The notes below the pieces were generated by a model. The model made no database searches. It saw only the letters and a list, made by a program, of their open reading frames with translations, and was not told the origin of the DNA. The translations under genes were made by a program, and so were the position numbers. This document shows, piece by piece, positions 9,193 through 19,475 of a DNA stretch of 64,000 nucleotides. The DNA is taken from positions 960,001 through 1,024,000 of the forward strand of contig CAVOYH010000003.1 in NCBI GenBank assembly GCA_963700635.1, in the 5' to 3' direction. How positions within the stretch are numbered: position 1 is the first letter of the stretch; each line of letters opens with the position of its first letter. Source of the stretch: an uncultured Bacteroidota bacterium (lineage in GTDB: Bacteria; Bacteroidota; Ignavibacteria; UBA10030; UBA6906).

Positions 9193-11051
9193 TCCGGGCG
9201 TACCCTCGCCCGCGGAGGAGGCGGAATGCCCGGGGCTTTTGCCTCCGGAGGTGACTCAGGCGCCACGTCATAATACAGCGTGATGCCCCAGTAGTCCCTG
9301 TCATCGGGGGGGTCTACGTTCCAGTCCCTGTTTGAATGTGAATCATCGGTGCGATACCGGAGGAGGTAATCACCTTTATCGAGAAGAATCGACGTGTTCA
9401 GCATCCGGTTCTTCCGTCCGCCGCCGGCATGAAAAGTCATGCCGTAAGTCATCTCCCACACTACTGCCCCTGTCCGCGCTTCTTCAATCCACCCGAAATC
9501 AAACATCTCTCGTCCTTGCCCTTCCCCGATAGCATAGACCCTTACCCGTGTTGTATGATCGAGAGAGAACTTTTCGGTGCGGTTCGCATCATCGCCCACC
9601 CGGACAATCTGCGCGATGATGTTCTTGTCCTTTTCTTCAACATATTTTCCGACGATGCCTGCAACGTTCCAATCGCCCGCCGCAGAGATGGTAATGCCGT
9701 AATTCTCCCTGTCGAAGGGAGGGTCGGCGTTCCAGGCACCATATGCGTGAGAGTCGTCCGTGGTGTACGTAACAACATAACTACCACGCGGGAGTGTGAT
9801 CACTTCATCAACGTATCGATTCTTCGATGCCCCGCCTGCATGACTCGTGCGGTCAACATCCATGGTCCAGACACGTTCGCGCGTCTTTGCATCAACAATC
9901 GTGGCATAGTCGGCCATGACGCGTCTGTTGTTGGATCGTTCGCCAAAGGCATAGATGTGTACACGCGCATCAGCCTTCAACGAAAAACCCTCTGATCGGG
10001 ACTCGTTGTCCCGCACGCTGATCAGACTGACGATCGTCTGCTCTTTGTCAGGAAGAGGAGTGACGGTAAATGTCCGGCGTTCGTTCTTATCGGGGACGCT
10101 CAGCGTAACACCCCAGTTCAGCGGATCGTACGGGGGCTGCTCGTTCCAGTCCGCCATGGAATGACTGTCATCGGTGATGGCATAGACGGCATACGATCCT
10201 TTGTCCAGCCGGACGGAGGCTTGTGTCCTCACATTCTTCTTTGCACCACCCGCTGGCCGTGCATCATGCCAGGACGTCTCCCACACGCGCTTTCGCGTGC
10301 GGGTGTCAACGATCCAGCTGCAGTCAAGACACTCCGCCCCCTGCTGTCCTTCCCCAAGGGCGCGCACAACAAGTGTGACCGGAGCGCTGAGTGTAAATCC
10401 TTCACGACGGTAAGCACGGTCGCCCAGTTGTGTGACGGCGAGAACAACATCAGATCCCGGAAGCGGTGGCGGAAAAAGTGAGATGGATCCGGCCACGGAT
10501 TCGTCAACGGACAGGTCCATTCCCCATGAACCGGAACGGTTATTCCAGTCATCATTAATGTCGTCACTCCACCAATCGGTGAGCCATGAAAAGAAGTGCC
10601 TGTCTTTTGTTCCGGATGAACCGAACAACGGGGAGCGCCGGTGATCGACATTCACGGAAATATGCGAGAAGGTGGAATGGAATGCGAATCCATAGGCCGT
10701 GAAATAGGCTTCGTATTTTCCGGGATCGAGTGTGATGGTCCCATCAAAGGACCGGTCATTGCGGGATTTGTCGGTGTTTGATGTGGTCATTTCCCAGACC
10801 AGAGACCGTGTTTCTGCGTTGATGATCCACCCGTAAGCGTACATCTTGTCGCTCTTGTAAGTCCATCCCTGACTTCCTCCTCCCCCTGCAGCCTGGATGT
10901 GGAGGGAGATGGGATTGCGGGTTTCAAAGCCGGCGTACTTCAGTTCTGTATCCTTGAAATCGCGCAGGGAAACGATCACCTTTTCGCCCGCATGGGCGCA
11001 GATGACTCCGGAGAGAAGAAGCCCGGCGCCGAAAATGGATCGAAGGTTCAT
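9189..11051 (-). CDS. Secreted hypothetical protein with four tandem ~130-aa repeats
   Basis: Signal peptide MNLRSIFGAGLLL..AHA. Repeats contain WI-x-TR-x-VW-x-AGG-x-KN...G-x-Y...TDDSH...WN-x-PP...(W/Y)G(I/V)T. Confidence 0.75.
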   Translation of the reverse strand: MNLRSIFGAGLLLSGVICAHAGEKVIVSLRDFKDTELKYAGFETRNPISLHIQAAGGGGSQGWTYKSDKMYAYGWIINAETRSLVWEMTTSNTDKSRNDRSFDGTITLDPGKYEAYFTAYGFAFHSTFSHISVNVDHRRSPLFGSSGTKDRHFFSWLTDWWSDDINDDWNNRSGSWGMDLSVDESVAGSISLFPPPLPGSDVVLAVTQLGDRAYRREGFTLSAPVTLVVRALGEGQQGAECLDCSWIVDTRTRKRVWETSWHDARPAGGAKKNVRTQASVRLDKGSYAVYAITDDSHSMADWNEQPPYDPLNWGVTLSVPDKNERRTFTVTPLPDKEQTIVSLISVRDNESRSEGFSLKADARVHIYAFGERSNNRRVMADYATIVDAKTRERVWTMDVDRTSHAGGASKNRYVDEVITLPRGSYVVTYTTDDSHAYGAWNADPPFDRENYGITISAAGDWNVAGIVGKYVEEKDKNIIAQIVRVGDDANRTEKFSLDHTTRVRVYAIGEGQGREMFDFGWIEEARTGAVVWEMTYGMTFHAGGGRKNRMLNTSILLDKGDYLLRYRTDDSHSNRDWNVDPPDDRDYWGITLYYDVAPESPPEAKAPGIPPPPRARVRPD

Positions 11052-11159
11052 AACAAACTTCCGTTTCGATATCCTGCCATGTTCAGGTTTGTGCAAACAC
11101 CCCCTAGACTCTATACGATAAAACGGGGCAAATGGTTGCATTCGGGGAAATCTGCCCGC

Positions 11160-11189
11160 TTGATTCACCCCCTTGTTCCTGCGTACATT
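11160..11189 (+). promoter_or_regulatory. sigma70-type promoter of the ABC exporter (TTGATT-N18-TACATT), probably leaderless
   Basis: -35 at 11160-11165, -10 at 11184-11189, with 7 nt between the -10 and the ATG at 11197. Confidence 0.45.
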
Positions 11190-11196
11190 AGTAACC

Positions 11197-12177
11197 ATGA
11201 ACCCCCAGGGCAACATCGTTATTCGGGCAACCGATCTGGTCAAAATCTACCATAAAAAGTCAGAGAACCCCGTCCGCGCGCTCGACAGCCTCAGCCTCCA
11301 GGTCGGGCAGGGGGAGATATTCGGGCTTTTGGGGAGGAACGGAGCCGGGAAAACAACCCTCCTCAGGGTTCTTACCACCCTTGTCCAACCCACCAGTGGA
11401 ACAGCCGAAGTGTGCGGACTGGACGTTGTCCGGGAACCCTACAAAGTCCGCCAGTCAATCTGCGCGGTCCTCCAGGAAAATGCAGTCGAAATCTTCCTTT
11501 CTGTTCTGGATAATCTGAGCACATACGGCCGGTTCCATTCGATCCCACGCCGTCAGATACGCGCGCATGCGGAAACCGTGATGGCACAATTCGGACTGGA
11601 GGAATACCGGGATCAGAAGGTGATTGATCTGAGCGGCGGTCTGAAACGGCGCGTCCAGGTGGCAAAAGTGTTCATGGTCGACAAACCCATCGTGTTTCTT
11701 GATGAGGCAACTACCGGCATGGATCCGGTAAACAAACGGGCCACGCTGGATGCAATCCGTCAACATGCCCGTCGGGGCCGGACAATTCTGCTGACGACGC
11801 ACATTCTCCAGGAGGCTGAAGAACTCTGCGACCGGATTGCGATTGTGGATCACGGGCGATGTATCGCCGTCGGGGATCTGCACATGATAAAATCTCTGGC
11901 GGCGCGCGCATACGATATCAGCGTGACATTCGAGCGTATGCGGCCGGAGATTCTCGAGACGGCCAGAAAATTTCCCCTCCTGAAAGTCCAGTCGACTCAT
12001 ACCACCCTCGAAATGAGCATCAAAGGATCCGATGGCTCAACCTTCGCCCTGCTGGACGCCCTGTCCCGGGTGGAACCCATTGTCCACTTCGAGGTGACCA
12101 GCGCATCCCTTGAAGATGTCTTTCTGGAGTTACTCGGGAAACGGGAGGCAGACGGACCCGGAGGCCACAAGCCATGA
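11197..12177 (+). CDS. ABC exporter ATP-binding protein (DrrA/NodI-like)
   Basis: Walker A GRNGAGKT, signature LSGG, Walker B FLDE, H-loop TTH. Confidence 0.9.
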   Translation: MNPQGNIVIRATDLVKIYHKKSENPVRALDSLSLQVGQGEIFGLLGRNGAGKTTLLRVLTTLVQPTSGTAEVCGLDVVREPYKVRQSICAVLQENAVEIFLSVLDNLSTYGRFHSIPRRQIRAHAETVMAQFGLEEYRDQKVIDLSGGLKRRVQVAKVFMVDKPIVFLDEATTGMDPVNKRATLDAIRQHARRGRTILLTTHILQEAEELCDRIAIVDHGRCIAVGDLHMIKSLAARAYDISVTFERMRPEILETARKFPLLKVQSTHTTLEMSIKGSDGSTFALLDALSRVEPIVHFEVTSASLEDVFLELLGKREADGPGGHKP

Positions 12178-12941
12178 ACATGATTCTTGCGGTGATGTAT
12201 CGCGAATACCGCATCCGGACAACCAGCATGACCTGGTTGTTCTACGATCTGTTCATGCCGCTTTTTTATCTTCTGATCTTCGGTATCGGGTTTGACAGCG
12301 CGTTCTCAGGCGGCGTGGCAATAGACGGCGAACGATTCGGCTATACCGCGTTCTTTCTCGCAGGCGTGCTCTCGATGGCAAGTTTCGGCATAGCCATCAA
12401 CACGGCTTATGGTTTTTTTGTCGATCGGGACAACGGGATCTTCTATGAATTCCTGACGTATCCCATGACACGGTCAGAGTTTCTTGTGGGGAAGATTCTC
12501 TTCAATTCCCTCCTTGCACTCGTGCAGGCGACGATCACGATCGCAGCAGGAGGCCTGCTGCTCAACCTGCCCGTTCGGTGGGAATTTATCGGCCTCGTTG
12601 CCGGCGGACAGGTTCTCGGAACGGCGGGGTGGTTCTTTTTTCTTACTACCTTTGCGATCCGGATCCGGCGGAATGATATGTTCAACACATTTATCAATGT
12701 GGTCTACTTTGTCCTTATGTTTGGGAGTTCAATGTTTTACCCGGCGGATACACTGCCGGAATGGCTGCAGGCGGTTTCGCTTGTGAATCCGCTGACATGG
12801 CATACGGACATACTCCGGTATGCAACCATCGGGACAGGTACACCCGGAATTATTCTAATGGAAGGACTTGCCTTTGTGTGCTTCCTGGCTGCGTCATTTG
12901 CCATGGCGGTGCAGACGATCAGAAATCCCCTGCGGGCATAA
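12174..12941 (+). CDS. ABC-2 type permease
   Basis: About six hydrophobic segments and the LPEWLQAVSLVNPLT motif. ATGA overlap with the ATPase. Confidence 0.88.
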   Translation: MNMILAVMYREYRIRTTSMTWLFYDLFMPLFYLLIFGIGFDSAFSGGVAIDGERFGYTAFFLAGVLSMASFGIAINTAYGFFVDRDNGIFYEFLTYPMTRSEFLVGKILFNSLLALVQATITIAAGGLLLNLPVRWEFIGLVAGGQVLGTAGWFFFLTTFAIRIRRNDMFNTFINVVYFVLMFGSSMFYPADTLPEWLQAVSLVNPLTWHTDILRYATIGTGTPGIILMEGLAFVCFLAASFAMAVQTIRNPLRA

Positions 12942-12984
12942 CACAAACAACGGGGTCTCGAAGAAGTTTACTCCGAATCCGGAG

Positions 12985-13013
12985 TTGCTTTTCGCTACCC
13001 TTTTCGGTAGTTT
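12985..13013 (+). promoter_or_regulatory. sigma70-type promoter of thyA-folA (TTGCTT-N17-TAGTTT)
   Basis: Correct 17-nt spacing, about 30 nt upstream of the thyA ATG. Confidence 0.5.
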
Positions 13014-13042
13014 GACGCCTCACTGTAATCACGACGACCCTT

Positions 13043-13855
13043 ATGCGCGCCTATCTTGACCTCGCGGAGCGTGTGCTGCGTAACGGCACACGCAAGACAA
13101 ACCGTACCGGCATGGATACCATTTCATGTTTTGCCGAACATTATACTGTGGACCTGGCCGACGGGTTCCCGCTGTTGACAACCAAGAAGGTCAACTTCAC
13201 CGCCATGTTACGGGAAGTGCTCTGGTATCTTTCCGGCGAAGACCACATTCGTAATCTGCGTCAACACACCAGGATCTGGGACGCCTGGGCTGATCCTGAG
13301 GGTAATCTTGACACTGCCTACGGCCGCTACTGGCGGCGTTTTCCCAGCGCGCGGTGGAATGCTTCGACAAATTCGTACGATGTGGAAGAGGTTGATCAGA
13401 TCGGGAAAGTGGTGGAACTCCTGAAGCACGAACCACATTCGCGGAGGATGGTGGTGACCGCATGGGAGCCCGGCAACGCATTCGGCAGTAAACTTCCGCC
13501 GTGTCACTATTCATTTGTGTTTAACGTGACGGCAGGCCGGGTGAATTGCCATCTGACACAACGTTCCGGTGACATCGCGATCGGCATTCCGTTTAACCTG
13601 GCTGCATATTCCCTGATCACGCATATCCTGGCGCGCGAGGCAGATCTCCAGCCGGGCCTCTTCAGTCATACGATCGTGGATGCCCACATCTACGTAAACC
13701 ATATCGACGGCCTGCGCGAGCAACTGACCAGAACACCACGGCCGTTACCCACCATCCAGATTGCGCCGAAGCCGTTGAAGGATCTTCTTTTCGAGGACTT
13801 CTCCCTGATCGGATACGACCCTCTTCCGGCGATCAAATTCGAGGTTGCAGTGTGA
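13043..13855 (+). CDS. thyA: Thymidylate synthase
   Basis: RTGMDT, FPLLTTKK, LPPCH (catalytic Cys), QRSGD-x4-PFN and DAHIY-NH motifs. Confidence 0.97.
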   Translation: MRAYLDLAERVLRNGTRKTNRTGMDTISCFAEHYTVDLADGFPLLTTKKVNFTAMLREVLWYLSGEDHIRNLRQHTRIWDAWADPEGNLDTAYGRYWRRFPSARWNASTNSYDVEEVDQIGKVVELLKHEPHSRRMVVTAWEPGNAFGSKLPPCHYSFVFNVTAGRVNCHLTQRSGDIAIGIPFNLAAYSLITHILAREADLQPGLFSHTIVDAHIYVNHIDGLREQLTRTPRPLPTIQIAPKPLKDLLFEDFSLIGYDPLPAIKFEVAV

Positions 13856-14340
13856 ACCTTGTGATTATCGCGGCAATAGCGCGCAACCGGGGGATCGGTA
13901 TTGGCGGCAAACTCCCCTGGCACATCTCCGAGGATCTGAAACGATTCAAAAAGCTGACCACCGGGCATACAGTCTTGATGGGGCGGAAAACATTCGTGTC
14001 GATCGGGCGCCCGCTTCCAAACCGGCGGAATGTGGTTCTGAGCCGCACGCTGATTCCGCACGTGGAAACCTATTCCTCAGTCACCGCCGCACTTGATGCG
14101 CTCGCGGATGAAGAACGTGTGTTTGTGATCGGCGGAGGAGAACTGTATTCTCATCTCTTGGCAAAAGCTGACCGGCTTTACCTGACCATTGTCGATCGGG
14201 ACGTAGAAGCGGATACCTTCTTCCCGGAGTACGACCATCTTCTGGGGACAGTGTTTCAGCTTGTCGCTCGTGAGCAGCGGGATGGGTTCCGGTTTGAAGA
14301 ATACGAGAGGCGGAATAATCCGGAGGGGACCGCCGTGTGA
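13852..14340 (+). CDS. folA: Dihydrofolate reductase
   Basis: IG-GGKLPWHISEDLKRFK, MGRKT, PLPNRRN, VIGGG and ADTFFP motifs. Overlaps the thyA stop. Confidence 0.96.
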   Translation: MNLVIIAAIARNRGIGIGGKLPWHISEDLKRFKKLTTGHTVLMGRKTFVSIGRPLPNRRNVVLSRTLIPHVETYSSVTAALDALADEERVFVIGGGELYSHLLAKADRLYLTIVDRDVEADTFFPEYDHLLGTVFQLVAREQRDGFRFEEYERRNNPEGTAV

Positions 14341-14373
14341 CAGTCATGAACCACCTGGCCCATGACTGTCACA
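14336..14373. terminator. 13-bp inverted repeat between convergent folA and tricorn genes (candidate bidirectional terminator)
   Basis: TGTGACAGTCATG-N12-CATGACTGTCACA with perfect arms. No clear U-tract. Confidence 0.5.
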
Positions 14374-14424
14374 GAGTCATCACACAGAGATCCGTTCGGC
14401 GGTTTGTACGTATACGCTGACGCC

Positions 14425-17400
14425 TTATTTGCTCTTGTCCGGATATGGCGGCGGCGGTGGTAACGTCACCGGGTTCTTCCGCAGCTCTTCCCTGACAAGC
14501 TCAATTCCTTTGTTCAGCTGCTCGTCCACCCCGGCAAATTCCCTGGCGGGATCGTTGTCCACCATAATGTCGGGCTCCACGCCAACGCCCTCCATGATCC
14601 ACTCTTTCCCGGCCACATCGTAGCGTGAGAATTCCGGTCTGTTCAACGATCCGCCGTCCAGCAGCGGGAGGGATCCGCGTATGCCAACCACACCGCCCCA
14701 CGAACGTTTCCCCACAACCGGTCCGAGTTTGTAGGTCTTGAACCGGTATGCGACAATATCACCATCCGAGGCGGAGAATTCGTTCAGCAGCAGGACCTTG
14801 GGACCGAGGATCATCCCGCCGGGATTAACATTGCGTGCGGCATTACGCGCTATGTCGATCATGGCAATCTCGCGCCGCAGCCGTTCAATAATCTGGGGCG
14901 AAACATTTCCGCCGCCGTTCCCCCGGACGTCCACGATCAGCCCTTCTTTGGCGAACTGGGGATAGAAATACTTGGCAAACTCGTTCAGGCCCGGCATACC
15001 CATGTCGGGGATATGGACATAGCCGACTTTCCCGTTGGTGGCGTCGCTCACCTTTTTGATATTACCCTGAACCCAGTCAAAGTAGTAGAGCTGCTGTTCA
15101 GATCCCGTCGGAATGACGACCGTCGTCCAGCTGCCGGTTGTGTCAGCTTTGCCGCTGAGTGTCAGGGTGACCTGTTTGCCGGTGGTGTTCACAAGGGCTT
15201 CATAAAGATCCTTCATGCCGCTTGTTGACTTGCCATCAACGGCAAGGATGTAATCTCCCTCATGGGCGCGAACGCCGATCTCTGTTAGTGGAGACCGCAG
15301 AGACTTGTCCCAGTTCTGACCTCTGAGGATCCTTGCGATCTTGTAGTATCCGGTGGTCCTGTCGCGCTCGACGCGGGCGCCGAGTAGTCCGGTGCTAACG
15401 CGTTCGGGTTTTGGATAGTCCCCCCCGCCTACATACGCATGCCCGACATTCAGTTCGCCGATCATCTCCCCGATAATATAGGTCAGATCGGTGCGGTGAT
15501 TTACAGAGGGAAGGAGCTGTTCATAGGTTTTCCGAATTGTCTGCCAATCAACTCCATGAAGGTTCGGCGTGTACATAAAGTCGCGCATTTGCCGCCAGCT
15601 CTCGGCAAAGATCTGATTCCATTCGGCCCGGCGGTCCAGCTTCACCTTCATATCGCTCAGATTCAGGCGGTCCTTCATATCGACCTTGCTGCCCGGGAGG
15701 TCAATGATCGCATAGGCGCCTTCGGCTCCGACCAGCATCTTCTTGCCGTCTGCGGAGATTTCAAAACCGTTAATCTCCCCGAGCTCAGTTTCTTTCCGCT
15801 TTTCGAAGTTGTAGACAAGCAGTGTAGGCTTTTCATCACGCCTGCCGGCACGGATGTAGAACAGCTTGTCGCCGACTGATTGCAGATTGCGGTAATTGGC
15901 GGACGTTATAGGCAGCACCGTGATACGATCCTGAAGGCCGGATGGATCAACCTTCACGATGACACCGGAATCCTTTTTCTTCTTGTCGGCATTGTCCTTT
16001 TTGGCGGCGCTCTTCGTGTCCCCATCCTTCTCCTCTTTGATCGTTACCTCATCACTCTTTGGCTCAAAAGGAGATTTTGCATCCTGGGCCAGCGTCACAA
16101 GATAAATGCTGGACATATCGGTGTAGATATGATTCCATTCAGTCTGACCGTACGAGGGAGTGAATGTGCGGGCGGACACAAAGAAAAGGCACTTTCCGTC
16201 GGCACTGAATGCAGGATCGCTTGAACTGAACCATCCGTCGGTCACCTCGTGTGTGCTCTTCGTATTCAGCGAATAGAGCTGGATCGTCGTCATGCGTTTT
16301 TCTTCCGGTCTGGCAAAGGCAATCCACTTGCTGTCCGGCGACCAGACATAGTCGGTAAATTCCCAGGCAGAGCCCTGGGCAACCACCGTAACGGCTTTTG
16401 AGTCGATATCGACATATTGCAGCCGGAGTTTCTTATCCGCCCACAGCAACTTTTTGCTGTCCGGCGACCAGTACATCTGATATTTATACGTGTCGCTATT
16501 GCGCGTAAGCTGGACGGGTTGTCCGCTGCCATCCTGTGATACCAGGTAGAGTTCATCCTCGCCCGTTGCATCGCCGATGTATGCGATCCACTTTCCATCG
16601 GGTGACCATTTTGAATTCCGTTCGTGCACACCAGGCGTCGCGGTGATGTTCCGGGTGTTGCCATACTTTTCGGGAACGGTGAAGATGTCTCCCCGGGCAC
16701 CGAACAGAGCCCTGCTGCCATCCGGAGCAATCTCGAAATTTGTGACTTCCTTGGCGACATCGCGAATGCTGCCGCGGCCGCTGTCAAAATCCTCACGGAT
16801 GACGATGGAGAGTTTGCGCACCTGCTCGGTTGCCAGATCCATGAGGTACACGGAGCCGCCGTTTTCAAACGTTATCGCCGTGTTGCCGAGTGAGGGGAAT
16901 TTAACGTCAAATTCGGTAAACGTGGTGATCGTGCGGGTCTCGCGGGTGGCGGTATCGTAGACGTACAGATTCAACCGCTTGCGTTCATCGCGGTCCGAGA
17001 CGAAGTATATCTTTGTCCCGGCCCACATCGGGATAATATCCTGTGCGGGATTGTTGGTAACATTCGTCGTGGTTTGAGTTTCAAAATCATGAATCCAGAT
17101 ATCATCGGCTTGACCTCCGCGATACCGTTTCCATGTACGGAATTCCCGGAACACGCGGTTGTAGGCCATTCGTTTTCCGTCCGGTGAGAATGAGCAAAAC
17201 CCACCGCGGGGGAGAGGGAGCTGATCGCAGGGACCTCCCTCGCGGCTGACGGTGAATAACTGTCCGATGAAGTCATTGGATTCATGCTGGCGGGAACGAA
17301 AAACGATTGTGCTGTTATCCTTCCAAGTCATGACGATATTATTGGGTCCCATCCGATCGGACACATCATCCCGGCCGAGTGTCGCCGTGGTTGTGAGCCG

Positions 17401-17703
17401 CCGGGGAATACCCCCGTCCGCCGGCATCAGATACACTTCCGTGTTCCCGTCATACTGCCCCGTGAACGCAATACTCTTCCCATCGGGTGAGAACCGTGCG
17501 AACATCTCATAGCCCACATCGGACGTCAGCCTGCGCGCAATGCCGCCGGATGTCGGGACGGTGAACAGATCACCCGCATAGGTGAACACCACGCGGTCGC
17601 CATGGACGGTCGGAAAGCGGAGAAGGCGAGTTTCCTCCTGAGCAGGGGCAAGTGTAAAGCTCAGCAGGATCAAGAAAGATAACAAGGGAACGGAACGGCG
17701 CAT
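14425..17703 (-). CDS. Tricorn protease homolog (S41 family; beta-propellers, PDZ, catalytic domain)
   Basis: Signal peptide, PD40 repeats, WKRYRGG, GYVHIPDM, DVRGNGGGNVS, SASDGD, GKRSWGGVVG and EGVGVEPDI. Confidence 0.95.
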   Translation of the reverse strand: MRRSVPLLSFLILLSFTLAPAQEETRLLRFPTVHGDRVVFTYAGDLFTVPTSGGIARRLTSDVGYEMFARFSPDGKSIAFTGQYDGNTEVYLMPADGGIPRRLTTTATLGRDDVSDRMGPNNIVMTWKDNSTIVFRSRQHESNDFIGQLFTVSREGGPCDQLPLPRGGFCSFSPDGKRMAYNRVFREFRTWKRYRGGQADDIWIHDFETQTTTNVTNNPAQDIIPMWAGTKIYFVSDRDERKRLNLYVYDTATRETRTITTFTEFDVKFPSLGNTAITFENGGSVYLMDLATEQVRKLSIVIREDFDSGRGSIRDVAKEVTNFEIAPDGSRALFGARGDIFTVPEKYGNTRNITATPGVHERNSKWSPDGKWIAYIGDATGEDELYLVSQDGSGQPVQLTRNSDTYKYQMYWSPDSKKLLWADKKLRLQYVDIDSKAVTVVAQGSAWEFTDYVWSPDSKWIAFARPEEKRMTTIQLYSLNTKSTHEVTDGWFSSSDPAFSADGKCLFFVSARTFTPSYGQTEWNHIYTDMSSIYLVTLAQDAKSPFEPKSDEVTIKEEKDGDTKSAAKKDNADKKKKDSGVIVKVDPSGLQDRITVLPITSANYRNLQSVGDKLFYIRAGRRDEKPTLLVYNFEKRKETELGEINGFEISADGKKMLVGAEGAYAIIDLPGSKVDMKDRLNLSDMKVKLDRRAEWNQIFAESWRQMRDFMYTPNLHGVDWQTIRKTYEQLLPSVNHRTDLTYIIGEMIGELNVGHAYVGGGDYPKPERVSTGLLGARVERDRTTGYYKIARILRGQNWDKSLRSPLTEIGVRAHEGDYILAVDGKSTSGMKDLYEALVNTTGKQVTLTLSGKADTTGSWTTVVIPTGSEQQLYYFDWVQGNIKKVSDATNGKVGYVHIPDMGMPGLNEFAKYFYPQFAKEGLIVDVRGNGGGNVSPQIIERLRREIAMIDIARNAARNVNPGGMILGPKVLLLNEFSASDGDIVAYRFKTYKLGPVVGKRSWGGVVGIRGSLPLLDGGSLNRPEFSRYDVAGKEWIMEGVGVEPDIMVDNDPAREFAGVDEQLNKGIELVREELRKNPVTLPPPPPYPDKSK

Positions 17704-17832
17704 GTCAGTTTCCTCTGATTGGTTGATGAATCAGGAACCTATTTTTACTACCGGGGAAGGAAGTGTATTACGATAACCTCTGTATACGGCCAGGGGGTGA
17801 AATTGTTGCAGAAGACAGCTTTTACACATCAT

Positions 17833-18987
17833 CTATCTGGTTCTTGACAGTGCCGCCTTCACCGCATCATTGACGATAACTCCCTCCCGTGTGATACATG
17901 ACCCTGTGGTGATTTCATCCTCAAAATTCGGTGTCGCCGCATTATTAGGAAAGAGGGTGGCAAACAAATTGCTGATGTTCTTCCCGTACATCATGCTTGC
18001 GTCAGTCGGGACGGTTGCCGGCAGGTTGACGGCGCCCACGATGGTGACACCTTTGTGACGGATTATCTCCTGCGGCTTTGTGAGCTCACAATTGCCACCC
18101 TGTTCGGCGGCAAGGTCGACGATCACGCTGCCCGGCCGCATCAGGGAGACCATCGCCCTGGTGATCAGCACCGGAGCGCGTTTGCCGAACACCTGGGCGG
18201 TGCAGATTACCACGTCCATTTTCGGAAGCCGGGTTGCGAGTACCTCTTGTTCCTTTTTCAGAAACGCGGCAGAAAGTTCTTTTGCATAGCCGCCTTTTGT
18301 CTCCGCCTCTTCGGTCACGTCCATGTCGACAAAAGCGGCACCCAGGCTTTTTACCTGTTCCTTGACAGCAGGGCGCGGGTCAAAGGCTTCCACTTTTGCG
18401 CCGAGCCGGCGGGCTGTAGCGATGGCCTGGAGTCCCGCCACGCCTGCACCAAGAATAAGTACCGACGCGGGGGGGGTGGTTCCTGCCGCGGTCATAAGCA
18501 GGGGAAACATCTTGCTGAGGTGTTCGCTGGCGAGCAACACGGCCTTGTATCCGGCGATCGTGGCCATTGAACTCATCGCATCCATACTTTGTGCGCGGGT
18601 AATCCGCGGGACATATTCCATGGCAAAGGATGTGATCTTCTTTCGTCCGAATATTTTGAGGACATCGGGGTGGGACAGCGGCGCAAGATAACCGATGTAT
18701 GTGCAACCGGCCCGCAGATGTTCCGCCTCATGTTTCCCTTTTTTCCCCGGCTTCCCGGGGGGCTGGACCTTAAAAACGACTTCCGCTTCTTTGTAGACAG
18801 CGGTAGCGGTCTTAAGGACCTTTGCTCCGGCCTTTGCATACAGGTCGTCGGAAAAGCCGGCGGCCAGTCCGGCTCCAGATTCCACGAGAAGGATGTGCTT
18901 TTCACGTACCAGTGGAGGGAGCAGGTTGGGGATCAACGCCACGCGCGTCTCGCCGGGTCTAATCTCTTTGAGTATGCCAATCTTCAT
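17833..18987 (-). CDS. pntA: NAD(P) transhydrogenase alpha subunit, soluble NAD(H)-binding domain I
   Basis: MKIGILKE..GETRVAL, VPRITRAQSMD, GAGVAGLQAIATARRLGA and DLAAEQGGNCELT. No transmembrane part. Confidence 0.9.
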   Translation of the reverse strand: MKIGILKEIRPGETRVALIPNLLPPLVREKHILLVESGAGLAAGFSDDLYAKAGAKVLKTATAVYKEAEVVFKVQPPGKPGKKGKHEAEHLRAGCTYIGYLAPLSHPDVLKIFGRKKITSFAMEYVPRITRAQSMDAMSSMATIAGYKAVLLASEHLSKMFPLLMTAAGTTPPASVLILGAGVAGLQAIATARRLGAKVEAFDPRPAVKEQVKSLGAAFVDMDVTEEAETKGGYAKELSAAFLKKEQEVLATRLPKMDVVICTAQVFGKRAPVLITRAMVSLMRPGSVIVDLAAEQGGNCELTKPQEIIRHKGVTIVGAVNLPATVPTDASMMYGKNISNLFATLFPNNAATPNFEDEITTGSCITREGVIVNDAVKAALSRTR

Positions 18988-19162
18988 GCGTCGGCGCATC
19001 CTTTCGGAATAAAAGCACACGGGAGGTAATGCTCAAAACGGTGGGGCATGGTACAAAAAAAACCATACATCTACAAGCCTGGAATGGAACCTGAATCCTC
19101 AGGATATGGTTTGATAAGAGGGAGCATTTGACTATATTGGCACCACGTTTCGGAGGATCTTT

Positions 19163-19453
19163 ATGGCTTCACGGATACGACGTCAGCGAAAGACATTTTG
19201 TACCGAATGTGGGGCAGATCTGGATAACTTCTGGCTTTCCCACACTTCCGCCAATTATGTGGAGGTTTTGAAACACCATTTGGAATGTCAGCGCACCGGG
19301 CGATTTAAAGGGTCCCTGTGTTCCCAGCTGTTTATCGTTGATGGAGGGACTCCGGATCCCCAGAAAACCCCCAAACCTCTCCCGCCAACCAAACACGCCG
19401 CTCTAAAAAAAGCCATCCTGAAAAAAATCAAATCCCGGGACAAACAATCATAG
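19163..19453 (+). CDS. Small hypothetical protein with CxxC...H/C motif and Lys-rich tail
   Basis: SD GGAGGA upstream and a TATATT -10 at 19133. Sequence FCTECG...HHLEC...SLC. Confidence 0.6.
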   Translation: MASRIRRQRKTFCTECGADLDNFWLSHTSANYVEVLKHHLECQRTGRFKGSLCSQLFIVDGGTPDPQKTPKPLPPTKHAALKKAILKKIKSRDKQS

Positions 19454-19475
19454 TCAGGCAATCTGGGTGCAGTTT

